A stretch of DNA of 64,000 nucleotides. It comes from a virus (lineage: Duplodnaviria > Caudoviricetes). Positions 55,723 to 64,000 of the stretch are shown here, in pieces. A program made the position numbers and the translations under genes. The stretch is taken from positions 2,472-66,471 of IMG/VR virus record IMGVR_UViG_3300031110_000007, one strand, 5' to 3'. The notes beneath the pieces were generated by a model, which saw only the letters and a list, made by a program, of their open reading frames with translations, ran no database searches and had not been told where the DNA came from. Each line of letters opens with the position of its first letter. The first letter of the stretch is position 1.

Positions 55723-56676
55723 TTAAAATAAATCATTACCTGTAACAGGTTTATCATGTTTAGTATAATCCACAGGTTTTTTAGCAAAAAAATCATCGAG
55801 TGAGTTTGCATAAATCTCCTCATCAAACCACTTCATCGGTGCATATTGTTCAGGTGTTATATTAAATACAGGTTTAATATTTAACTTATTAAAAGCTGTA
55901 TCAACTCTATACTTCATAAAATTTAACATATCCTCTTTACTAAACATATTTAACTCTCCATGTTCATAAATCCAATCTAAAATCTTTCCTTCAAATTTAA
56001 TATACTCTTTAGATGAAACCCTGATAGCTTCAACCATACGATCTGTTAAGTAACCTTCCTCTCTTAATTTGTTGAGTAAATAAATACCGCCTGCTGCGTG
56101 ACAGTCCTCATCTGCACTAGTCCAAGCAATAATATTAGATACATTTTTCATCTTACCTTTAAACCTTGTTAATGATAATACGTTAGCAAACAAACTAAAC
56201 AACGCTGTATTCTCAGTTATAATAGTAAAATATAATAACTTACCTACTATATCTAAATCAGGGTGTAAGTGCTTGTTAATCATATCTACTTTCTCTTTAA
56301 AGATAGGTATATCTAACAAAGTTCCAAATTTATGTTCCAACCCTAACACACTTATAATCCGACTATAACTTTCTGAATGTCTAAATTCTGATTCAGCAAA
56401 CGTAGCCCCTAACCCATTAAACTCAGGTTTTGGGAAGTGGCTATACAAGCTACCCCAAAATGATTTTACACCTACTTCAACCTGTGATATGCCTAACATA
56501 GACCTAATAATAACTTCCTTCTCGTGAGGCTCTAAAGCCGTATGAAAATCTTGTACATCACCTGTAAAATCTAATTCTGAATGAACCCAAAATGTTTGAT
56601 TGATCCTATCAACAAACTCCATAACCTCCGGGTATTCGAAAGGTTTGTAACTTACTCTTTTATCTTTTATCCCCAT
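55723..56676 (-). CDS. nrdB: Ribonucleotide reductase class I beta subunit
   Basis: YKPFEYP, FW...E, ESEFRHSESY, TEN..LF..F, DEDCH. Confidence 0.93.
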   Translation of the reverse strand: MGIKDKRVSYKPFEYPEVMEFVDRINQTFWVHSELDFTGDVQDFHTALEPHEKEVIIRSMLGISQVEVGVKSFWGSLYSHFPKPEFNGLGATFAESEFRHSESYSRIISVLGLEHKFGTLLDIPIFKEKVDMINKHLHPDLDIVGKLLYFTIITENTALFSLFANVLSLTRFKGKMKNVSNIIAWTSADEDCHAAGGIYLLNKLREEGYLTDRMVEAIRVSSKEYIKFEGKILDWIYEHGELNMFSKEDMLNFMKYRVDTAFNKLNIKPVFNITPEQYAPMKWFDEEIYANSLDDFFAKKPVDYTKHDKPVTGNDLF

Positions 56677-56684
56677 AATTACTA

Positions 56685-56987
56685 TTATATCATACTATCT
56701 ATTACACGATCTACGTAATCCTCCAAACTAATAACTTCAACTCCTGCAACTTGTTGAATGACTTCACTATTAGTTTTTACTTTATATTCTTTCTTTAGTT
56801 TACCCCAATCGTTGCTATTACCTACAATATTTGCTAAAGCTAAATTAGCCCTTTTTGTTGTACTGAAAGCACATTCACCATTTGATGTAACAATCTTATC
56901 TCCTTTAACAATTAAGAATACACTCTCCTCTTTTGTTAAACGCCATTCATAGTTTAACGCATTTATTATTTTTTGTTTTAAATCCAT
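56685..56987 (-). CDS. Hypothetical protein
   Basis: 100-aa ORF in operon. Confidence 0.65.
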   Translation of the reverse strand: MDLKQKIINALNYEWRLTKEESVFLIVKGDKIVTSNGECAFSTTKRANLALANIVGNSNDWGKLKKEYKVKTNSEVIQQVAGVEVISLEDYVDRVIDSMI

Positions 56988-57631
56988 CCTAAAGCTTTTG
57001 AAATTAACGGGGTTTGTTCAACCAAAATATCCTTAATAGCTTTTGCTATCTCCTGTGCCTCCTTTTGTGCGTGAGCATCATCCCTTAACGCAACAAAGTG
57101 AATCCATGATCTAACAGAACCAGTCATAAAAATCTTTGTTTTGGTTGCCATCGGTAGGATTAATCTTGCTTGCTCCCTTGCTACTCCTGCATTTAACAAT
57201 TTGTTATATAACTCTTTTGATCCATCTAACAAATCCCCTATCTCATCCGAAGCTCTCCTCCTACCGTAAACTGTATCAAGACTAGGATCAAAAACCATTT
57301 CAGAACTTTGTCTATTATCTTTCGCTTGCTCTCTGACCTCAACATCCTCAAACAAATCCTCACCTAACAAATTAACATCCTGATACCTTTGGCTAAACTC
57401 TTGAAACGTAAAACTCCTGTGCCTTAGTAACTGAATACCAATTGCTTTACTCGTTTCAATTTCAAATGTAATATAACCATGCTCAAACGGGGAGAAATGC
57501 TTGTTCACTATCAGGTAATTAATTAACCCACTTGGGTCACTTGATTTATCAACTCTCTTTGACGACACCCTAGCGATTTCAACAATCGTTGTCTCAATGT
57601 TTGGTGTTACTGCTTTTAATTCTACTTTCAT
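56978..57631 (-). CDS. thyX: Flavin-dependent thymidylate synthase
   Basis: HFSPFEH, QLLRHRSFTFQEFSQRY, REQARLILP, SVRSWIHF..LR...HAQKE. Confidence 0.93.
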   Translation of the reverse strand: MKVELKAVTPNIETTIVEIARVSSKRVDKSSDPSGLINYLIVNKHFSPFEHGYITFEIETSKAIGIQLLRHRSFTFQEFSQRYQDVNLLGEDLFEDVEVREQAKDNRQSSEMVFDPSLDTVYGRRRASDEIGDLLDGSKELYNKLLNAGVAREQARLILPMATKTKIFMTGSVRSWIHFVALRDDAHAQKEAQEIAKAIKDILVEQTPLISKALGWI

Positions 57632-57632
57632 A

Positions 57633-57905
57633 CTAATACTCGTTATCTGTTTCTCTTTTAATTTTTCTAAAATGGTCTCCTTTTTCATGTAACAAATACT
57701 TTGATACATTTACTTTTTCTACTGTTCCATCTGAGAAAACAAAATAGTAATTTGTTTTAACCTCATAACCTTTATAGAAGTTATTGTACTCAGAGCCTAT
57801 GGCCCCTTTCTTTTCAAGAAGTGTGACATTCACATACTCCGGTTTTCTCTCCTCACAGGCTGTTAAAGTAAGGAGGAATAATAATGTTAATATTAACTTT
57901 TTCAT
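57633..57905 (-). CDS. Putative lipoprotein
   Basis: MKKLILTLLFLLTLTAC lipobox. Confidence 0.7.
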   Translation of the reverse strand: MKKLILTLLFLLTLTACEERKPEYVNVTLLEKKGAIGSEYNNFYKGYEVKTNYYFVFSDGTVEKVNVSKYLLHEKGDHFRKIKRETDNEY

Positions 57906-58165
57906 TTCTCTACAACTATTTCTCGTGGTGCAATAAGTGCATTCACTTGGGTTAAAAAACTGGTCTGCTCATTCTCAGTCTTGAATGTAAAAACACGACT
58001 GTTATATACTTTTGTTCCGGTTGATGAAACAGATACACTGTACTGGAATGTAACTACATACGTGTTAACAACACCTGTTGAAGTCGTTGCAGACCTTACA
58101 TCTTTTGTAACCTCCTGAACATTATCTAAGTTAACAGTTACATTATCATATTTAATTGCTGTCAT
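57902..58165 (-). CDS. Hypothetical protein
   Basis: 87-aa ORF in operon. Confidence 0.65.
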   Translation of the reverse strand: MTAIKYDNVTVNLDNVQEVTKDVRSATTSTGVVNTYVVTFQYSVSVSSTGTKVYNSRVFTFKTENEQTSFLTQVNALIAPREIVVEK

Positions 58166-58661
58166 TTAAGATAAATTTAATTTGTTCAACATCTACATTA
58201 TAGTGATCTGCCACAATCTTTTTAGCATCCTTATCCTGTACTTTAATAATCTCAGGTAAATCTTTTGCATAAGCCCACACCTTACTGTTTTCTGTTTTCT
58301 CAGCCTCCTCTAAAGTCTCTGCCATATCCCATGCTAAAAACTTATTATTCTTTACCATAAACACAACTCGTTTATTCCATACAGTACCTTTCATAGAAAC
58401 CAACATAATTTTAGGGTATTCCGGTTTAGTTAAAGATTCTAATGTCTCTACCCTTAATTTATTTTTAATAACATCTTCAATATCATAAAGACCTAAATCA
58501 CCATCAACATCTATTCCGTAGTACCTAAATTTGTCGTTATGAATCTTATTACAGTTAAACCTCCAATAATCTGTATCGAAATTATAATCAGTAAAAAACT
58601 GCTTAACCTTTCGTCCATGATCTAAATCTAAAACCTCTATAACAATTCCTTTTAAATCCAT
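58152..58661 (-). CDS. Hypothetical protein
   Basis: 169-aa ORF after the promoter at 58692-58723. Confidence 0.75.
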   Translation of the reverse strand: MDLKGIVIEVLDLDHGRKVKQFFTDYNFDTDYWRFNCNKIHNDKFRYYGIDVDGDLGLYDIEDVIKNKLRVETLESLTKPEYPKIMLVSMKGTVWNKRVVFMVKNNKFLAWDMAETLEEAEKTENSKVWAYAKDLPEIIKVQDKDAKKIVADHYNVDVEQIKFILNDSN

Positions 58662-58691
58662 AATTAATTATTTTGTTTGTTATTACTGATG

Positions 58692-58723
58692 CAAATATAA
58701 AACAAGTTTTTTAATCTTGCAAG
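58692..58723 (-). promoter_or_regulatory. Sigma70 promoter of the same architecture as the early promoters
   Basis: CTTGC-N19-TATATTTG. Confidence 0.8.
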
Positions 58724-59784
58724 TTTCTACCTAAATATTTTTCAATTAATTCTCCCTTATCCTTATAAACCCTGTCATCACCTTGTGGGTATGTCACAGA
58801 ATATGTCAACAAATACATCAAATTAGCTACTGCGTGTGCTAGATGTAACAGGCCTGACTCTTTATCAATATCATGACCTAACTCAAACTCAGCTAGATGC
58901 CTTTTGCATGAAGCTATAACACCCATCCAACCTAAACCTTTCTCCCAATTTCTGTCCCCATACTTCTCAGCACCCTGTGTTAATACCTTGACAATCTCCC
59001 TCATTGCTATAGGGTCTACAAGATCATAACGCAATTTACCTTTGTTAAATCTAGCGCCTTCGTGGTTTGGTTCATTATCTTTAGGAAACGCCTCTGTATC
59101 ATGCAGCTTACAAGGTTTTTTACTATACATACTATAATGAACTGACATAATTTTATCTGCAAGAGCCGAAGCATTATTATCTAATTTATAATACTTAAAT
59201 AAAAATTGGTAATCATCCGAACGAATTTCATGATCTAAATAGTTAAGTAGTTGACTCCTTGTAGGGGTGTTGTCATTAATCCATTCTATTACAGTATTAA
59301 GTACTTTATTAAATTTTTTATTCTCAGGTAATAAGCTTAACCATTCAAAAGACCCATCCTCTTTTATACTACCTACAACTGTTGTACCTTCTTCTGTTTC
59401 AGATTTGGTATAACTTGATCCATAACTATAAAGCGTACCATCAGGATGACCCTCAGTCCAAATTTTTATTGTTAAATCATTAATAATATAATCTAACAAT
59501 TCCCTCCTTGAATCGTAGTCACTAAACTCCCAGTAAGAGACATTTGTACTTACTGAACTATCAAAACTATGATCCTGAAAATGACTTATTCTCCATGCTT
59601 TAGCTCTTTCATCTAAGTGAGGGTGTGTAGTTTTTATATTTGATAAATACTTTTTAAACTCTTTTTCAACACCTATATCCCTAGAAATATTACATAAAAA
59701 TGCGAAATCACCTACTCTTTTACAGCTTAAAAAATTCTCTTTAACCTCTTTAAACTTATCTAACAATTCTTTATTTGTTTTCAT
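58711..59784 (-). CDS. Protein with C-terminal dATP/dGTP diphosphohydrolase (DUF5664-like) domain
   Basis: GARFNKGKLRYDLV...VLTQGAEKYGDRNWEKG...RHL...DKESGLLHLAHAVANLMYL. Confidence 0.8.
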   Translation of the reverse strand: MKTNKELLDKFKEVKENFLSCKRVGDFAFLCNISRDIGVEKEFKKYLSNIKTTHPHLDERAKAWRISHFQDHSFDSSVSTNVSYWEFSDYDSRRELLDYIINDLTIKIWTEGHPDGTLYSYGSSYTKSETEEGTTVVGSIKEDGSFEWLSLLPENKKFNKVLNTVIEWINDNTPTRSQLLNYLDHEIRSDDYQFLFKYYKLDNNASALADKIMSVHYSMYSKKPCKLHDTEAFPKDNEPNHEGARFNKGKLRYDLVDPIAMREIVKVLTQGAEKYGDRNWEKGLGWMGVIASCKRHLAEFELGHDIDKESGLLHLAHAVANLMYLLTYSVTYPQGDDRVYKDKGELIEKYLGRNLQD

Positions 59785-59801
59785 TTTATTTAATTTTATT
59801 T

Positions 59802-61736
59802 TTATAAAAATGCTTCGTTCGGGTTAATCCTCATAAGTGGTTTTGTAACTACCCCACTCTTAGCCTGAGCCCTAACACCTAATTTTGATACTAACGATTT
59901 ATACATAGGGTTGTTACCTTTACTGTCCCAGTACCCTAAAAACCCGTCTCTCTCTTTCCAAATCAAATCAGTCCATTCACCGGAGTTGTGCCTTTTACCA
60001 CCTGTTTCCTCCTCCTTAACTTTCTCCATCATGATCATCATACTCCTCCTGATATCATCATCAGCATGGTTATTAATCCTGTGGAATATAAAGAAGTCAT
60101 CAACCCTATAAGGAAAGTCTGCCCCTCCCTGAATGTCATACTTGCTTGGTGGTGATAGATAGCCGTCTTTATCTTTATTATTCCTCGGTGCGTTTGATGA
60201 TGGGTGAGCCATAACGTACACTGAGCAATAAGATTCAGCAAATACCCTCATTTCAGATAGCATGTCATTGTTATGTGAGTAACCATTACCATCTACTTTA
60301 AAGAAGTTGTAAGGATCAATTAACAGTGCCTTAATCCCGTAGTATTCATACAACCTTTTCCCCATTTCAAGGACGTCATTTAATTTGTAATGTTTCTTGT
60401 TAGATATAATCTTGAAATTATCCCTAACTTGTTTTACGTACTTATCAAACAAACCTTTATCATTTCCAAATGAGTTTATAGTCCTTCCTGAATAACATTC
60501 AACAAGTCTCCTACGCGACATAGCTGTTTTATTCTCCGGCATAATCATCCCCCATTTCCAGTCGTGTAAAACATTCGAAGCCATTGCCAAAGACAACATC
60601 ATAACTGATTTACCAACCCCATCATACCCCAACCCAAAGTTTAAAGAGTTTTCTTTTAACCTCATATACTCATCTAAAACCTCCCAACCTGTACTCAAAC
60701 CTAATTGAACCTCTCCCTTACGAGCTTGCTCTAATAAAGTATTTTCCTCAGCTTCATCTGATAAAAACGTTAAGTCCTCTAATTGCTTCTCCCAACTCTT
60801 TGCTTCAACCTCTTTAACAGTTGTCCTTACATCCCTTTCATCAGCATTACCGTAACCTTGATCATATAACTTACCATACGCAGCCCTATAGTCACCGTCA
60901 CACTCTAATTCTGCAAAAATAGCATGGTTGTTATATGGTCGTTCTAACTCGAAATTATCCTGAGCTGATGAGAAACAGTAAAAAAACTTTTCTTCTTTAT
61001 GGTAACCGCCGTGTATGTCCCCCGATTTAGTCCCCGGTCGTGACATATTGATCCACACATCCTCCTCACTGTTTGTTTTATGTAAAGTCCAACCTTTGTT
61101 TAATAACAGATCAATCCCGATTTGCATATCCTCATTATAGTCAGGGAATTTTTGAATGTACTCATTATCAGCATTTGTTAACTTCTTTTTAGATTCTTTA
61201 ACAATTAACTCATTAAGCATTTTTGCTGAAAGGAATAGTTGTAGCCTCTCCTCCGGGGATATGATAGGGATTTTGTCAAAAGAGCCTTGAATAATTTTAT
61301 ACCCCTCTGATGGGGCACACTTTATGTAACCACCTTCACCACGGGTTTCAATAATAGCTTCACCCTTACCATTCTTTGCTAACTTCTGAGAGGATGAAAT
61401 TGATTCACACCTGTAAATCATGTGATACCCTTTAGATTTTGTTTGCTGTACTACAAGCTTTTTAAGTAGCTTTGCGGGGAGTTTTGATTTGAATTTAGTC
61501 ATTACCCCTTTTGGGTCTAATGAGTTCTTTAAATCAAAGTCTATGGCCTCCAAACCGAGTGATATGATACCTGTACTAATACCTATACTTGAAAATTCAA
61601 AGAAATCAATCTCTGTTTCAGTCATAAGTACTGAGCTGTGACCCTCCCTCAGAGGTATTTTGCTATCTCCGTTAACAGGGACAGGATTTAATCCATAACT
61701 TAAGTATTCTTTAGCTATCTGCCTTCCGTCTATCAT
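59802..61736 (-). CDS. Primase-polymerase/DnaB-like helicase fusion
   Basis: N-terminal NPVPV..DSKIP, AIDFD, GYHMIY, IETRGEGGY; C-terminal GYDGVGKS, LIDPYN, VMAHP; start reassigned to ATG 61736. Confidence 0.88.
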   Translation of the reverse strand: MIDGRQIAKEYLSYGLNPVPVNGDSKIPLREGHSSVLMTETEIDFFEFSSIGISTGIISLGLEAIDFDLKNSLDPKGVMTKFKSKLPAKLLKKLVVQQTKSKGYHMIYRCESISSSQKLAKNGKGEAIIETRGEGGYIKCAPSEGYKIIQGSFDKIPIISPEERLQLFLSAKMLNELIVKESKKKLTNADNEYIQKFPDYNEDMQIGIDLLLNKGWTLHKTNSEEDVWINMSRPGTKSGDIHGGYHKEEKFFYCFSSAQDNFELERPYNNHAIFAELECDGDYRAAYGKLYDQGYGNADERDVRTTVKEVEAKSWEKQLEDLTFLSDEAEENTLLEQARKGEVQLGLSTGWEVLDEYMRLKENSLNFGLGYDGVGKSVMMLSLAMASNVLHDWKWGMIMPENKTAMSRRRLVECYSGRTINSFGNDKGLFDKYVKQVRDNFKIISNKKHYKLNDVLEMGKRLYEYYGIKALLIDPYNFFKVDGNGYSHNNDMLSEMRVFAESYCSVYVMAHPSSNAPRNNKDKDGYLSPPSKYDIQGGADFPYRVDDFFIFHRINNHADDDIRRSMMIMMEKVKEEETGGKRHNSGEWTDLIWKERDGFLGYWDSKGNNPMYKSLVSKLGVRAQAKSGVVTKPLMRINPNEAFL

Positions 61737-62460
61737 ATTCCTTTTTGATTTTTGTATTGTGTATGAAATTTTTAGAGAATGGTTGACCATCCTTCCAATA
61801 ATCTGCCGTGATAACTTCTCCGTTATCAAGTACGTATAATAATTCGTATCCTTCCGGTGCATTATCAGGGAATGTAACAACCTTTGCCCGTTTAGACCAA
61901 ACGTTACGTATTTTAGCTCTCCAATCTGATACGATTTTACCCTTTGCATCATACCAGAACTCCTCAGTACTTTTAGGGTTGTTATTGTAAAAATTAATAA
62001 AATATTCAGGGTCTACGTAATATCCTTGTGATAGTGAATATTCTAAAACCTCTAACTCTGTTGGTTTGTTAAATATCTTTCTCTTCTCTTGTGGGTTGAT
62101 CCCTATTTCATCTAACAAATCCCTAACCTCTTGTGGTAGCTCTGCTAAATTAGATTTGATCTTTGATAATGTTGTATCAGCTTTACTGACTGTACTAAAG
62201 TGCGCAGGGACTATAAAAAACACTTCAACACCTACTTTTATCACCATCAAATCTTTTTGTTCAATCAATTCTCTTGTAGCTTTCCTTATTTCAGGTAAAT
62301 TTAATTTTGTTACAACACTTATATCCTCCGGACTTTGACAAACAACCCCTAAGTAATTTATTATAGGGGTTGTAGTAAAGTAGATATATAAGAGCATAGC
62401 ATTAGGTGAAAGTTTTTTAAACCTCCTGCTGTTCCACAGCTTCATCGTTGATACGCCCAT
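61711..62460 (-). CDS. Putative replication initiator/replisome organiser
   Basis: N-terminal wHTH-like LSPNAMLLYIY; C-terminal FNKPTELEVLEY...FINFY...DWRAKIRNVW. Confidence 0.55.
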   Translation of the reverse strand: MGVSTMKLWNSRRFKKLSPNAMLLYIYFTTTPIINYLGVVCQSPEDISVVTKLNLPEIRKATRELIEQKDLMVIKVGVEVFFIVPAHFSTVSKADTTLSKIKSNLAELPQEVRDLLDEIGINPQEKRKIFNKPTELEVLEYSLSQGYYVDPEYFINFYNNNPKSTEEFWYDAKGKIVSDWRAKIRNVWSKRAKVVTFPDNAPEGYELLYVLDNGEVITADYWKDGQPFSKNFIHNTKIKKEYDRRKADS

Positions 62461-62470
62461 ACATCATTTT

Positions 62471-63241
62471 TTAGAATGGTAATTCCTCATCCTCCTGACC
62501 AAATGGGTTGTCATCAACTGTTGTTGGCTCAGGTTGTGAAGGTTCTGCCGGGGCTGATGTACCAATGTAAGCCTGAATTTGTTTATCTGCCTCCATTGCT
62601 GCTGTTAATTCAACCTCAGTAAGAGGTGTTGTTGTTAACTTTGCTGAATAAAACCATACCGGACGTGGGGCTCTTGGGTTTTTAGCTAGGACTGCATCTA
62701 ATTTATCCTCCTCCTCTTTTGTTACCTCAACAATTTTATTCTCAACTGTTTTACATAAAACCCCTTTCTCCATTGTGATTTTGAAATCATAAATTGCGTT
62801 GTTTGGGTTTGCTTTAACTAGCTCAATCCAATCATTTAATGCAGCTCCGGAGATTTGTACATTTGTTACCTCATTACCGTTACCAAAATCGACTAATGAC
62901 AATACGTTTGCTGTAAATTTAGCTCCTGCAACCTTTTTCTTCTTAAAGTCCGCATACAATCCGTTGAAAATTTCCGATTTGTTACCTGAATTTGTTTTAA
63001 TAACTTTTAAAGATTCTTTTTGAATGTCTTTAACCATATTAGAACTAAATGCAGATGATGTACCGGAGTCATATCCGGTGATAGATGAAAGAACGTCTAA
63101 CACGATAAAATCAATTGACTCTAATTCAACCTTCTCGGCTTTTTCTTTGTCATAATATGAACTTGTACCCGCTCCTGCGCCATAAGATACATATTTTCTG
63201 ATTGGATTACCTGTTCCTGTTCTTGGATTTGATCTACTCAT
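62471..63241 (-). CDS. Putative single-stranded DNA-binding protein
   Basis: SRSNP...NPIRKY N-terminus, acidic tail ending DEELPF; next to replication genes. Confidence 0.65.
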   Translation of the reverse strand: MSRSNPRTGTGNPIRKYVSYGAGAGTSSYYDKEKAEKVELESIDFIVLDVLSSITGYDSGTSSAFSSNMVKDIQKESLKVIKTNSGNKSEIFNGLYADFKKKKVAGAKFTANVLSLVDFGNGNEVTNVQISGAALNDWIELVKANPNNAIYDFKITMEKGVLCKTVENKIVEVTKEEEDKLDAVLAKNPRAPRPVWFYSAKLTTTPLTEVELTAAMEADKQIQAYIGTSAPAEPSQPEPTTVDDNPFGQEDEELPF

Positions 63242-63253
63242 AATATAAAATTT

Positions 63254-63712
63254 TTAAAGTTTGTTAATATATTGTTGTTCGTACTGTTTTACCCTAGCTT
63301 TGTACGTTGCTAGTAATACTATTGTATCCTGTATTTTAGACTCAATAATACCTATTTTTTTGTTGTGGTACTTAGTGTTATCATCAAACAAAAGATTTTG
63401 ATATCCTGTTTGAAAAGCTTTGTATAAGTCCTTTAACTTTTTTGTGTACATATCGACTCTTTTTAAATCTCTCCTGTACGCTATCATTCTTGAACCTCTA
63501 ACAAAACCATTCTTTCTTAAAACTAATACATACTTTTCTCTTACTTGATCATAATAATCACTTTCTCGTGTGTTTAAAATTGAATACATACCTTCGATTA
63601 GTGTTAACCTAAATCCTTTATAAAGTATAAATTCTTCTCTTTTTGTTTTTTGGTAGTGGAGGCCACTTTGGTAAGCCTCATTAAACCACCTCTTTATTGT
63701 TTCTTGTTCCAT
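63254..63712 (-). CDS. Hypothetical protein
   Basis: 152-aa ORF after TACCTTTG at 63732-63739. Confidence 0.7.
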   Translation of the reverse strand: MEQETIKRWFNEAYQSGLHYQKTKREEFILYKGFRLTLIEGMYSILNTRESDYYDQVREKYVLVLRKNGFVRGSRMIAYRRDLKRVDMYTKKLKDLYKAFQTGYQNLLFDDNTKYHNKKIGIIESKIQDTIVLLATYKARVKQYEQQYINKL

Positions 63713-63728
63713 ATTATATGACTTAGGA

Positions 63729-63991
<263 letters not shown>

Positions 63992-64000
63992 TAAAAATTT

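Noticed and set aside
48094-59784. 2-aminoadenine (Z) or 7-deazaguanine genome
   Set aside because: No PurZ or Dpd/Que genes in the window; the diphosphohydrolase alone is insufficient
1887-62338. Numerous short ORFs antisense to or nested in long genes (e.g. 1887-2126, 3011-3238, 11603-11887, 13238-13453, 15747-16043, 21525-21851, 22298-22561, 41750-42016, 53199-53495, 62066-62338)
   Set aside because: Fully overlap well-supported genes and show no independent coding signal

Overview
The window is most of a lytic, AT-rich podovirus-type phage genome of Bacteroidota, most likely Flavobacteriaceae. The host call rests on repeated TTG-N19-TAnnTTTG sigma70 promoters. The terminase, portal, capsid, tail and ejection module is distantly crAss-like, but no RNA polymerase is visible. 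Layout: (i) 1-3.2 kb, small leftward early genes, including a minimal protein kinase and an SAA(W/E/R)-repeat protein missed by the ORF track; (ii) 3.25-5.2 kb, a non-coding region with two perfect DnaA boxes inside a 16-bp inverted repeat, a strand-skew switch and a very AT-rich tract (candidate genome end and origin); (iii) 5.3-41.5 kb, mostly rightward: serine recombinase, tail fibres with a polysaccharide-lyase-like receptor-binding protein, lysis cassette, terminase, portal, capsid, tail and ejection proteins; (iv) 41.6-64 kb, leftward replication and nucleotide-metabolism genes (PolA, primase-helicase, SSB, NrdAB, ThyX, RNA ligase, nucleases). Main observations: an ATP-dependent DNA ligase split in two inside its adenylation domain by a catalytically gutted HNH-AP2 endonuclease remnant; an Acb2/Tad1-like sponge fusion interrupted by one in-frame TAG; a PAPS-reductase-family gene with four frame breaks; and a probable TerS-TerL fusion. 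All family assignments come from motifs recognised by eye; no database search was run. No tRNA, rRNA or CRISPR array was found.
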